From the IMG/VR virus record IMGVR_UViG_3300036771_000024, positions 1 through 55,391 of that record: a stretch of 55,391 nt of DNA; one strand, written 5' to 3'. Both the position numbers and the translations under genes were made by a program. This document shows positions 9,990 to 20,483 of the stretch, in pieces; the first letter of the stretch is position 1; the number at the start of each line of letters is the position of its first letter. Source of the stretch: a virus (taxonomy: Duplodnaviria > Heunggongvirae > Uroviricota > Caudoviricetes). The notes below the pieces were generated by a model, which saw nothing but the letters and a program-made list of their open reading frames with translations, had not been told where the DNA came from and made no database searches.

Positions 9990-10176
9990 CCTGCCACTAC
10001 CTAGCCACCCTACGCACACTCTGAACAGTCATTTAAACGACAGTCAACCTATGATGCCAGTGTTAGCTATGTCCGTTTTATCGTTACCATCCTGTGACCT
10101 TGCGCATAGCGCACACACGTACGCATAGCGCACATGTAGTCCACCCCAGTCGACCCCAACCATCCATGCCCACCCA

Positions 10177-10497
10177 CGACCATGGTCGACTACCCTCCAC
10201 ACACACCCACCACCCCAGGTAGGCCAGCTACGCTCAGTTACCACCCTGCCCCACTCCCACCCACTCTGACCTGCGACGATCACGCTCAGTGACCATCCCC
10301 AGACTGTCTTGACGTCAAGACATTAGCCAGACTAGTTAGCCGCGCTAACGATTTCAGCCACGAACTAGACCATGGTCACAGGACCTACGACGATGGTCGA
10401 CCACACGACCACCCTCGACCACACGACCACCCACACCACCCCCCAACCATGGTCGACTACCCCCAACCACCCCCGACCATGGACGAGGGTGGTCGAC
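10177..10497 (+). repeat. about six imperfect copies of (C)GACCATGGTCGAC
   Basis: Copies at 10177, 10368, 10388, 10446, 10474, 10490. Confidence 0.85.
10305..10322. repeat. perfect 18-bp palindrome TGTCTTGACGTCAAGACA
   Basis: Self-reverse-complementary, read directly. Confidence 0.9.
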
Positions 10498-10795
10498 TGT
10501 TTTTTGAGTGAAATTTTCACCCGACGTCCCTCGCTTGCTTTTCTCTCCCCGCGTGAAAATCCGCGGCTCCCCCTGCACCGCACAACACCGCCCACCTGCG
10601 GTGATGCTGGTGGGCGGTGCGGCGGTGCGGCTCATTTTTTATGTCGTCTTAGATATTTGCGGATGCTGAGCTTTCGTGCTTGCGCGGTGTATCTGGGGTC
10701 TTGGTCGCATACCCAGCTTCCTTTGACGCGGCGGATTCCCTTGTGTCCGCGTGACCTGCCGCAGTATGGGCAGGATGTGGACTGGTCAGGCATCT

Positions 10796-11455
10796 TTATG
10801 ACTCCGGTGGGGTCCAGCCCTGTTCTATCAGGACTGAGGTTAGTTTGCGGCTTCCCCAGGTGCGCCGCCTTGATTCCGGTATCCGGTTGCTGCCACCTGC
10901 TAGGTTGCCGATTCGCGGTTCGGAGTAGGAGCTGCCTGGCGGGAGGTCTAGCTTAGGTATGGTGTGTGATGCAGAGATTGAGATGGGGCGCACACCCTGG
11001 TGGCGCACCTTCTTGTCGGGGTGAGCTTCCTGGTACGCACTGATGACCTGGGAACTGAGAGTGCCGGTGCGGTAGGTCGTGCCGGAGAATTCGTCCTGGG
11101 TTGCTGCCCAGTCCCGGACTTCCTTGATCGATGCTTCGGTCGCTGGCCTGCGGCTGCGCTTCTGGAATACGAGCCTGGCGCGGATGTGCAACGGCAGTCG
11201 CGGTTTGATGCCATTGTCGAAGCTGAGGAGTGCCGCGGCGGCGTCTGGTGGTGTCCTGTAGATCAGCCGTTCGCCTGTCGCGGGGTTTGTGAACCTTATG
11301 TAGTCGGAGTCCGCGATGGGGTTGGAGCGTGGCCCGTACTTGGCCTTTAGCGCTTGGGCGATCATGCAGCGTGCCGAGTGGTTCCGGCCTTCGATGGCGC
11401 GATCGAAGGCCGCTTCGTCTACTGTCAGGTTGAGATAGGTAGTGCCTTTTGACAT
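10796..11455 (-). CDS. hypothetical protein
   Basis: 219-aa ORF, AAGGA RBS. Confidence 0.65.
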   Translation of the reverse strand: MSKGTTYLNLTVDEAAFDRAIEGRNHSARCMIAQALKAKYGPRSNPIADSDYIRFTNPATGERLIYRTPPDAAAALLSFDNGIKPRLPLHIRARLVFQKRSRRPATEASIKEVRDWAATQDEFSGTTYRTGTLSSQVISAYQEAHPDKKVRHQGVRPISISASHTIPKLDLPPGSSYSEPRIGNLAGGSNRIPESRRRTWGSRKLTSVLIEQGWTPPES

Positions 11456-11479
11456 CCTTTTTCCTTAGAATGGCCTAAC

Positions 11480-11521
11480 GTTGTACCTCTAGTGTAGCAT
11501 ACTCTACGCTAGAGGTACAAC
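11480..11521. promoter_or_regulatory. inverted repeat, possible operator
   Basis: GTTGTACCTCTAG-TGTAG-CATACT-CTACG-CTAGAGGTACAAC; 13-bp perfect arms. Confidence 0.5.
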
Positions 11522-11927
11522 TTGGCTGGTCACAGGTCGCGTAGGCACCGGAATGTCTCGCATCGTTCGCAGGCGCAGACGGTGGCTGAGCGGCATGTGG
11601 TGCACCACCAGTATGGTTCTGCGTGTCCTTCTCGGCGTTTCAGCGGGTTTTGGCATTTCCAGCAGGTTTCTGGGGTGTGGTGGAGGTCCGGGCTAGTTCT
11701 GGCCAGGTCAGGGGGCTCTACTGGGGTTTCAGGCACTCCTGGGGCCTTTCACGGGGTGTACCCTCCGTTTAGGTGGTTGTTCGTGGAGGCGGTGCCGGGC
11801 GAGCATGAACCAGGGGTCATCGGATGCGGCGGCGAACCAGAACGCGGTGCGCGAGCCGAGTTCGAGGGCGTCGGTCTCGAACTGGACTGTCCTGATGTAT
11901 TCAGTCATGGTGGTGTATAACGGGGTT

Positions 11928-12473
11928 GTGAGGGTGCTGGTCGCGTGTGAGTTCAGCGGTCGTGTCCGTGATGCTTTCGCACGCCGTGGTCATGACGCGT
12001 GGTCGGTGGACCTGCTGCCGAGCGAGCGACCGGGGCAGCACCGGTGTGAGGATGTGCGTTCCGTGCTGGGTGACGGCTGGGATCTGATGGTGGCGTTCCC
12101 GCCGTGTACGTACCTGTGCCGGAGCGGGGCACGGTGGTATTCGGGTTCGCCGATGCAGGCGGAGGCGCTGGAGTTCGTCCGTGTGCTGCTGGGCGCACCG
12201 GTGCCGAGGATATGCTTGGAGAACCCTATCGGGGCGATCAGCAGCAAGATACGTAAGCCTGACCAGATCGTGGAGCCGTATTTTTTCGGTGAGGATTACC
12301 GGAAGGCGACGTGCCTGTGGCTGAAGGGCCTGCCTGAGCTGGAGGCGACGTGCCTGGTGCGTATCAGGCAGTGGAACAAGGTCAGGGATGCGGAGAACAC
12401 GCCGGACCGGTGGAAGGAGCGGTCCCGCACCGTGCAGGGCATGGCTGATGCCATGGCTGACCAGTGGGGTTAG
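11928..12473 (+). CDS. short C5-cytosine DNA methyltransferase-like protein
   Basis: VLVACEFSG (motif I variant), AFPPC (IV), ENP (VI), KATCLWLKGLP, RSRTVQGMADAMADQWG (X); GTG start chosen over 11805. Confidence 0.75.
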   Translation: MRVLVACEFSGRVRDAFARRGHDAWSVDLLPSERPGQHRCEDVRSVLGDGWDLMVAFPPCTYLCRSGARWYSGSPMQAEALEFVRVLLGAPVPRICLENPIGAISSKIRKPDQIVEPYFFGEDYRKATCLWLKGLPELEATCLVRIRQWNKVRDAENTPDRWKERSRTVQGMADAMADQWG

Positions 12474-12475
12474 GT

Positions 12476-13147
12476 TCATGGTGATCCGGTTTGCGTGGGC
12501 GTGGTGACGGTTGCCGTGGGGGCCGGGGTTGTGCTGGCGGGTGCCGGGGTGGTGGGGGACTGGTCCGGGCTGGCGTCGGGTGTCTGATCCGGGGTCGGGG
12601 TGGGTGTGCTGCTGTCTGGTGTTACGGTCGGGGTTTGCGCGGGGGACGGGGGTGTGGTGTGGTACCCGCCGAGGGTGGTGCCGTACTGGTTGTTCCCTGT
12701 CGTCACGGCGTGCAGCGTTTTCCCCGTGGCGACCTCTATGGTGAAACCGAGCAGGGCCAGGGCTGCGAGGGTGGCGAGGACGGAGATCCCGGCCCGGCGC
12801 AGCATCCGGCTGCGCGTGCCGCTGACCCGCATGTTGCGTTTCGTGCGCGCCCGGATCAGGGCTTCCTCACCGAGGGGCAGGGCGATCAGCCGCTGCTGGA
12901 GCGGGTGCTTCCCCGGTTCGGCCTTGTCCTGCTCCAGTTTCAGCCGGGCCCTGACCTTCGCGTGGGCTTTAGCCGCACCCTGCTCGGTAGTGAAGCTGAC
13001 GACCCCGTACAGGATGGAGCCGAGGGCCGCACCGGTGATGGTCCCCGCTGTGCCGAGGATGCTCCCGGCGAACAGCGACGCGACCGCTGCTACTGCCCCG
13101 CCCGCCAGGGCGAACGGGTTGATCTTCTTTTTCTCTTCGGCAGTCAG
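12476..13147 (-). CDS. actinobacterial-type membrane protein with Pro/Thr-rich tail; probable CTG start
   Basis: Frame of 12476..12832 stays open to TAA at 13160; GGAGG-N5-CTG; ALAGGAVAAVASLFAGSILGTAGTITGAALGSIL helix pair. Confidence 0.55.
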   Translation of the reverse strand: MTAEEKKKINPFALAGGAVAAVASLFAGSILGTAGTITGAALGSILYGVVSFTTEQGAAKAHAKVRARLKLEQDKAEPGKHPLQQRLIALPLGEEALIRARTKRNMRVSGTRSRMLRRAGISVLATLAALALLGFTIEVATGKTLHAVTTGNNQYGTTLGGYHTTPPSPAQTPTVTPDSSTPTPTPDQTPDASPDQSPTTPAPASTTPAPTATVTTPTQTGSP

Positions 13148-13341
13148 GTCTTCCTCCGTTTAGCAGTCGTCCTGGTTTGCCCACCGGTGCCAGGGTGAAT
13201 GCCAGCGCGACCCGTTACTGTAGCGTCCCCCGGTGGGGAGGCCAGCCCGGATCTGCCAGGGCCCCACGCGGATCAGGGCGGTGCGGTGGGTTGGCGGTAT
13301 GAGCATGATACGGACTGGCCCGCATGCCGGGATCATCCTGG

Positions 13342-15086
13342 TCATGACTGTGGGGTGCGGAGCCCGAGGTTTTTCGCGGCGAACTCGGCGTATTTCAGGG
13401 CGTGCTCGGCGCAGAGGCTGGTGCCGCTGAAAATGTAGGGGGCAGGCTGACCGCATAGCTGCTTCCCGTCGTAGGAGACGCAGCGGGCGGTAACCTGGAT
13501 TCCCGGCAGGGTGCTGATCATTTCGCTGAGGCTCCTCGGGTGATGGTGACCGGGTTGGGGTGGCCGCAAATGCAGTCGAGGATGGCCGAGGTGTAGGTGT
13601 CGGCGCATCGCTGGCTGCACAGCTCGGCGTAGGTGTGGTTGAGGCATTCGCATTCGTCGCGTTGCAGGATCCATGGGAGCCCGTCGATATGGGCCTGGTC
13701 GAGTCTGAGGGAGCACAGGTCGCAGCCGTAGTAGATGCACCGGTCTTTACCGCACATCAGTCTTGCCCGGCTTCCTGTACGGTCCCGTCAGCGAACGTGA
13801 CCCTGGCGGTGAGTGTTTTCCCGTCGTTGACTTCCGCGCGGGACGGGACGTGCAGGACGCCTGGTCCTTTGACGAGTGCCGTCCAGCGGACGAGGCGTGT
13901 TTCCGCGTCGAGCAGTTCGATGGTAAACGGGAACGAGTCCGCGGGGAGGTCCGTGTACTTGGCTTCGTAGCTCATTTTGTTCATCCGTGCCTGGGTGCGC
14001 ACCGCTGGCATGATGCGACTTCTTCGAGGTTGGCGTGGGTGTGCATGGGGTCGCTGTACCGTTCGGTGAGGTAGTGCAGCATGGAGGCGAGCTGTTCGAC
14101 TTGCCGTGTGCTGGTGCGTACGGTCGTGTCGAGTTCTCCTATCGCTTCGGTGCAGAACGACATGCTGCTCCAGCTGGTCCCGAAGTCGACGTGGCCTGTC
14201 GAGTACCGCCGTGGGGCCGAGTTGTTAGGCTGGGTTTCCCCACGGCAGGTGAGGTGCCCGAACACGAGGGGGTCGTGGCAGATGCAGTTCACCGGTACCC
14301 TCCTGTGCAGACGATGGTCCCGCAGGGTTTCATGCACGTGCAGGGCCCGTAGTCTTCGGTGCACGCCCGGCACAGCGGGTTGGGTGGCCCCGTGTGCACG
14401 GGGCAGCCCGGGTTGAGTTTGATGACCTGGACGGTGGTGCCGGGGCCGAATTCCCCGTCCAGCTCGGGTGCTTCTATGAGCGTGCAGGTGCAGGTGGTCA
14501 TGGTTCCTGCCTGTCTGGTCGGGTGAGGAAGATTTTCAGGGTGCGGCCTTCGTCTTGCAGGTCGATGTCCACGTGGACACCGTGGCCGATGACGAGACGC
14601 GGCGTGTTCGGGTAGACGGACACGCCACCGTGGGTGTGGTCGATGACCTCGACCCGGGTGACGGTGCTGTAGCTGATCATTTCAGTCCCGGGTCTGTGAT
14701 GACGGCCCATAGCCACCAGGCTTCCACGACGAACACGAGGTACCACCAGGGGGATGAGAGCGCGATGAGCGACGTGACGATGATGATCAGGCCGGACACA
14801 AGGTAACCCACCGCCCGGACGCGTTTCCTGTTTCGCTTCTTCTCGTGCCCTTCTGGCATCTGGATAGTGAGCATCAGGGTGCGATCCCTTCGTCCCAGCC
14901 GCCGACCGCATCCCTGAACTGGTGGTATTCGTCCGATTCGCCCAGTTCGTAATCGTTGAGGGACGGGCACCCGGTGAGCGCCCGGACCATCTGGTCGATG
15001 ACCCACATCTTGTGGTGACCCCCGTCGTACGAACCTGCCGGGGCGAACGACAGGGCCAGTTCGATGCGTTCTTCGGGTGTGGTCAT
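13342..15086 (-). CDS. dense run of small, often Cys-rich or membrane ORFs (incl. 13518..13757, 13757..14011, 14289..14501, 14498..14680, 14677..14874, 14874..15086)
   Basis: TGATG/ATGA start-stop couplings; LQDEGRTLKIF and YDGGHHKMWVIDQMVRALTG motifs typical of phage small proteins. Confidence 0.5.
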
Positions 15087-15474
15087 GGTTGTATGTCTTC
15101 CGGTTGATCCTCGGTGTCAGCGTCACGGGTGCTGGGTGCCCAGCGTCCGTCGTCCCAGAGCCAGTGACACCAGCAATACGATGGATGGTTAGGGTTAGGG
15201 CAGGCCATAATCCTGGTCCTCCGTGGGTGCTGTGTCCGTTACCGCGGGCCTCATTGCATTTGCGGTGCGCGGCGCGCAGGTTACTTGAGTTCCTGCGTCC
15301 CAGATACGACTTGGGGAGGATGTGGTCCAGCGACGGTGCCCACGGTGAACTGGTGCCGTACAGGCCCCTGTCCAGGTCCCGGCCGTCAGGGCACAGGCAG
15401 ACAGGCATGCGGCACTGCCAGGCGTCCCGCAGGTACACGGCCTGGTCGTGGCGGTGCGGACGTTTCCTCGGCAT
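14677..15474 (-). CDS. HNH endonuclease (domain about 15474..15230; frame runs on without a stop)
   Basis: WQCRMPVC...SLDHILPKS.LG..NSSNLRAAHRKCNEARGN. Confidence 0.7.
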   Translation of the reverse strand: MPRKRPHRHDQAVYLRDAWQCRMPVCLCPDGRDLDRGLYGTSSPWAPSLDHILPKSYLGRRNSSNLRAAHRKCNEARGNGHSTHGGPGLWPALTLTIHRIAGVTGSGTTDAGHPAPVTLTPRINRKTYNHDHTRRTHRTGPVVRPGRFVRRGSPQDVGHRPDGPGAHRVPVPQRLRTGRIGRIPPVQGCGRRLGRRDRTLMLTIQMPEGHEKKRNRKRVRAVGYLVSGLIIIVTSLIALSSPWWYLVFVVEAWWLWAVITDPGLK

Positions 15475-15490
15475 CGTCGTCTCTTGGGTT

Positions 15491-15547
15491 TGGTGGAGGG
15501 CCCGGGGTTCAACCCCAGCCGGAAGCACGGCGTCGGCCGGGCCCCCC
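15491..15547 (-). ncRNA. 57-nt tRNA-Ala-like mini-RNA (acceptor stem + one short arm + T-arm + ACCA)
   Basis: GGGGGGC/GCCCTCC 7-bp acceptor with G3:U70, discriminator A, encoded CCA; CTGGG-GTTGAAC-CCCGG T-like arm; only 22 nt in place of D and anticodon arms. Confidence 0.6.
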
Positions 15548-15594
15548 GGGACCGCCCGCTGATCATGGCAGACGGTGCTTCATCGTCTTACATG

Positions 15595-16399
15595 TTAGAT
15601 GAGCCTGGCGAAGAACGCCCTGATCCGGCTGTTCTGCACGCGGCGTTTGCTGGTCGCCCCGTCGAACGGCTCGTTCAGCTTCGCGATCAGCCGCAGCTCG
15701 GCAGGGTTATCCCAGATCATGTCGGCGTCCAGCATGGATTCGACGTTGTTCTTTATCAGCATCCAGTTGATGTCATCGATCTCCGGTGCCATCGTGGCGA
15801 TCCGGTCAGCGATAGCCCGGGGGTCCTGCTGCACGACGAACGGGATCTCAGGGCTTACTTCTATGAACTGCTCAGGGATCCGGTCGGTTTCGCCGTTGCG
15901 GAACTTAACGCTGAGCCGTTCCAGGTACAGCTTGTGGATGTCATCGCGGACCTTGTTACCCCGTTCCCTCGGGGTCAGGTCGGGATACACCAGGTCGATA
16001 AGATCCTGGATCTGCTGTGTAACAGTGATGCTGCTCACGGTTCTCACTCTCACGCTCGCGGTATTACTCGTTGACTAGGCTTTCCATCCGCATAGGTAGT
16101 TCGATGGTCACGCAGTCTTCGGGCACCTCCTTCATCCCGGGTATGTCGCAGGGCCACGCCTGCGCGAAACCCTTGCCGTCTTCACCGAACACTGTAGCCG
16201 GGGACTGGACGGCTGGTTCGGGGGGGAGGGGCCCGTGCGCGGTGATGATCAGCATGCTATCCCGCAGGGTCAGCTTCACGATCGAGTAGGTGCTGCCGTT
16301 GACGACCACCGTCCCGATCACGGCTGCCCCGTGTTCCACGCCAGGGACAGCAGCGCTACCGCGAGCCCGAGCAGCCCGAGCGCACCGACGAGACACCAC
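15595..16399 (-). CDS. two hypothetical proteins (15595..16053, 16064..16399)
   Basis: Long ORFs in leftward run. Confidence 0.55.
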
Positions 16400-16435
16400 A
16401 TGTAGAATACCCAGGGGTCCCGTGGTTTCCTCATG

Positions 16436-16948
16436 TCACAACCCCGATTTCAGGCCGCGCAGCTCACGGCCAGCTTCCAGGTCGGCTATGTCTTCCGGGT
16501 AGAACGGGTTGATCCCCAGGACCGGCACGTGAGCGTGTTCCGCGATGTACGCGGCGGCCTCACCCCAGTCTTCGTAAAACAGGGCGACCGGGATGCCGCG
16601 CCTGGACAGCTCGCGGATGTAATGCACCTTGAACCGCCCGTTCGGGGTGTGATCCCGGTCGGGCCGCATGTGCAGGTAGTCGTACGCGCACGCGTACTTG
16701 TCCAGCCATGCCACCGTCAGGTCCCGGGCGGCCTCGGACCGTCCCGTGCAGATGTGCACCTGAAAATCCTGGTAGTCCAGCCCCATCCGCATGATCGTCC
16801 CGGCGATGGGAAGGTCACCGGGGCAGGCCAGGGAGTATTTCTCCCAGTCCGACGACGGGTCCGCGCGGGGGTTGAGATGCCACCGGTGGCGCGTGTCGGC
16901 CAGGGTGGAGTCCAGGTCGTACACGACCGCTACCTTCGCTTCTTTCAT
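16436..16948 (-). CDS. HAD-family phosphatase, polynucleotide kinase 3'-phosphatase type
   Basis: VVYDLDSTL (DxD motif I), ICTGR (II), LHMRPDRDHTPNGRFK, FYED (IV). Confidence 0.8.
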   Translation of the reverse strand: MKEAKVAVVYDLDSTLADTRHRWHLNPRADPSSDWEKYSLACPGDLPIAGTIMRMGLDYQDFQVHICTGRSEAARDLTVAWLDKYACAYDYLHMRPDRDHTPNGRFKVHYIRELSRRGIPVALFYEDWGEAAAYIAEHAHVPVLGINPFYPEDIADLEAGRELRGLKSGL

Positions 16949-16952
16949 TCTC

Positions 16953-17072
16953 TTATCCTGTCTGCCAGGTCGCACCGCACGACTTGCAACGCCAGTAGGT
17001 TGCCACGCCACCTTTGTGTGCCCGGGTGCCGGTGACTTTAGTTTTCCTGCTTCCGCACTCGGGACAGTTCAC
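16953..17072 (-). CDS. 39-aa zinc-ribbon protein
   Basis: CPECGSRKTKV...WRCKSCGATW. Confidence 0.55.
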   Translation of the reverse strand: MNCPECGSRKTKVTGTRAHKGGVATYWRCKSCGATWQTG

Positions 17073-20000
17073 GGCGACCTCCTTCGGGCGGCTGGTCGGG
17101 GGTCCATTCCAGGCCAGGCCAGTTGTGGTTGTGCAGGTTCCAGATACGCGCCGGGTTGCTCCACGTAGCGTCGCTGAACGTGTCGGATTCCTCGGTGACT
17201 TCGATGAGGTCGTGGCATTCGGTGGCGTCATCGAACCTGTTATACGCCCACGAGTACCCTTCGGGCGAGTTGAGCCACTCGATCACTTCCCTCGGCGGCG
17301 GTTCCACGGGGTGTCTGGCCTGTCCTCTATCTGCTCTAGCGTGCGGTGGGGCGGGGTGCGGTCCTTCCGGGGCCGCCGCGGATCGTACCGGGTGACTCTC
17401 ATGGCTTCCTGGCACCCGGTGTAGTCCTTGTGCCGGTACCGCACCGGGCTGGTGAACCCCTCGACTAGCTCCTCGTCGCCGGGATCTGAGATTCTGTATC
17501 CACATGACAGGCATTTATGCTGGTACATCCCGTGGTTCCTCCAGCGGCTTGTGAGACCGGACCGGATAGTCGGACGTGGGCTGGCATTTCCACACCCGCT
17601 GCGCCAGCCGGGTGACGTTCACGTACTTGTAGTGCAGCCCGAACGGCACCAGCGCGATGAACTGCCCGCAGCGCGTGCAGGTCGTGATGCTGCCAGGGAC
17701 AACAGGGTTAACGATCATGGTGATCCATTATGGCGATGACGATGAAGATGACGATGAGCAGCGTGAAAGCGGCCAGCATGACCGCCAGGGGGATCCCCAG
17801 GTACAGGGGGATCTGGTCACTGCTCACGCTGGCGGCCTCCTACGACGAGCCCTTCCTTGTAGTTTTCAGCGGCGTAGCTGATCATTTCCGTGATCTGCCC
17901 CCTGGTGGGGTGGGTAATGTCCGGTTCGGTCTGGACGGCGATGGATGCGAGCAGCCAGATCATGCCGTACATTTCCTCGGCCATCTCGTAGGCGTCACCC
18001 AGGTTCTCGATCATCCCGCAGAAATTCTCGTTGTTCAGCAGCTTCCCGCCCTTGGTGGTGGCGTGCTGCCAGGATCCGGCCATCAGAGTGCTTTCCTGAT
18101 CCAGTAGCGGTGCCCGTCGAGGTTGAGCGGCATGTCCTCGTCGCCGACCTTCTCGATGATCGCCTGGGCGAGCGGGTTCGGGTCACCGGGACGCCAGTTG
18201 ATTTCCAGCACCCGGTGACGCTCACCCTCTTTGATGGGTGTCAGCTTGTAGAAGATCCCGTCCCGGATACCCTCCTCGATGGCCTGCTGTATCTCCGGTG
18301 GCAGCTGCCGTGGTTCTGGTGTCATGTCATCAGCCTGTCGTTGAGACGGTCGGTGTTGTGCGAGCGGACCTGGTTGACGGGGTAGTTGGGGAAGTCAGCG
18401 GAGGTGAGCCTGCGGCCCAGGCGCTGTTCCAGGCAGGCGATGCACAGGTAGTACCCGGTGGTGTTCTCGGTCATCACTTCCCTGGTGGGTGCCCCGGCCT
18501 GGTCCCAGATGTCGTCGTAGACCATGTACCACTCGGACGGGTGCCTGTCACGGTAGGTGGGTTCCCCGCAGTCCATGCACGGGTTCCGCCACACCGTTTT
18601 ACGGCGGTTACTCATCGAGGTAGCCTCGGCGTTCGTTTTCGAGTTCGGTGCGCAGCTGCTCGACGTGACGCAGGATCAGGTCGCGTTCCTCGGGCCTGCC
18701 AGCACGCATCGGATGGTTGGCCTGGCTGATCCACTTGCGCATGAGGTCACGCAGGCGGGTTTCGAGAGAATCCATCATTCCCCCAGCAGGTAGGTACGGG
18801 TAAACCAGTTCATGTACTCTTCGGTATCTTCGCCGTACGCGCTGCGCATGAGCTGCGCCGTGAGCAGAGCCATGCTATTCAGCCGCTGGCATGCTTCTTC
18901 CCTGTTCAGTGACAGGACGAGTGCTACGGTAGCGTCGGTGTCGTTGCGCAGTGCTGCCCGGACTAGAGCGAGAACGTCACGGGCAGCGTCTGCGATTTCC
19001 GGGGTCATCCCAGGCACTTTCGTCATACCCCTATTGTACCACTAACGTCTACGGATTTCCGCAGGTCTAAGGCTCACGTGCCAGTTCTTCCAGGTAGCTT
19101 TTCAGCGCAGCCTGGACAGAGAGCTGCACAGGCCCGGTCACAGGGGGGCGGGCGTCGAAGCACCTGACCTGGAATCCTTCCTCCACGGCGAACACGCCAA
19201 CGTATAGCACGCCTTTGGCCAGCCTGCCAGGAGAAGCAGGCGGGGACATCCGCTTGCGGTATCCTGGCAGGTGACCCACGTGGTAATGCTTCCGCCCGAA
19301 CGTGTTGACATCAGTGAACCAGCACGGATACACCTGAATGTAATCAGCGTCGATCTTCAACCGCCGCTGGTGACGGCGCATGTGACGCCACGCGCCCAGC
19401 CACGTCCGGTACACCCGTTTCGGGCGGATACCCCGCCCCTGGTGCATCCGGTACCAGTTAGCGGCCGGCTTGCTCATACCTCCTGCTGAGCCAGGTACAT
19501 AGCGCGCTGCTCCGAGTACACCTTGAGGACCCGGTCCAGCTCCCACCCCTCCACGTACAGGGCCAGCTCATTCGTGCGGCTCGCCCAGTAGTGCGTCACA
19601 TACCCGAACTGGCCGGTGTAGTCCTTATCCACAGTCCACTGGTGCGGGTTGGACAGGCGCAGGCTGTCACCATCACGGTCGGGCAGGTGGGGGCTCCAGA
19701 TCAGCGTGTGCCAGGGACGCTGCTCGATGGGATGTTCCATCACATCCCACTCGGTCACCTCATCCGCACCGGCGTAATCCTCGGCGTCCTCGCGGTTCGC
19801 GAAGATGTGGTGGATACGGAAATCGCTGTACTCCCCGCTGGTCGCCACGTACACCTTCATTTCTTCTTTCCCTGCTTCCTTGCTATCTCAATGAGATTCT
19901 CGCGGAGGCACTTGTTGCACAGGCCGCCGTTCAGCTTCGCCGTGCGCCGGTTGATCTTCTTCCCGCACGACTGACACAGGACATGCGGCATGGTTACCCC

Positions 20001-20479
20001 GCTTTCCTGCACTTGCGGCAGACGAGAATTTCCAGCCACTTCAGCTTCGCACCGCACTTATAGCAGCGGTAAGTTTTCTTGGGCATGACTCACTCCTGGT
20101 CGAGGTCGACGTTCCCCAGTATCCGGTCTACCCTGCCCAGCGCCGCCTCATCACCGGCGAACTCCTCGGTCAGCTTGTCCTTGATGTTCCGCCAGAACGC
20201 GGTCCGCTCGATCGACGGGGCCAGCTCGATGCCCGCGTGGACCGCGAACTCCTCCAGCGTCATCGAACCGTCCAGCGGGTGCCCGTACTCGAACACCGCG
20301 ACTTCCTCGATGAACTGGTCGTGCTCGATGTCTTCGCACCAGTTCTCGGTCTCGTACCGGGCAACACTGCCGTAGCCGCCCCGGTACCGCAGGTAGTAGT
20401 AGTTCCCCTCGGCGTCCCACGCGTCCCACTGCGACGGGCATGCCATGGCGGTCTGTACTGCTTTCACGAGAGTGACCAC
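17038..20479 (-). CDS. run of small hypothetical proteins (incl. 17515..17718, 17817..18083, 18083..18325, 18322..18615, 18775..19026, 19067..19477, 19474..19860, 20090..20479)
   Basis: Overlapping start/stop junctions, RBSs or leaderless promoters. Confidence 0.55.
19027..19041 (-). promoter_or_regulatory. extended -10 promoter, leaderless start
   Basis: TGG-TACAAT-AGGGGT-ATG(19026). Confidence 0.65.
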
Positions 20480-20483
20480 GTTG

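Larger units (their letters stand above)
9850..10700. other. non-coding block, probable joined genome ends / packaging (cos/pac) region
   Basis: No credible ORF; strong A/C strand skew; palindromes and short repeats; T-run and TTTTCTCTCCCC tract at 10498-10550. Confidence 0.5.

Noticed and set aside
10140-10500. CRISPR array
   Set aside because: Repeats are short, degenerate and irregularly spaced, with no unique equal-length spacers and no cas genes
15188-15200. TTAGGG telomere-like dimer
   Set aside because: Only two units, inside coding sequence; expected by chance
15491-15594. tmRNA or full-length tRNA
   Set aside because: Only about 100 nt available between flanking genes; no tag ORF or pseudoknots; no alternative 5' strand gives a canonical cloverleaf
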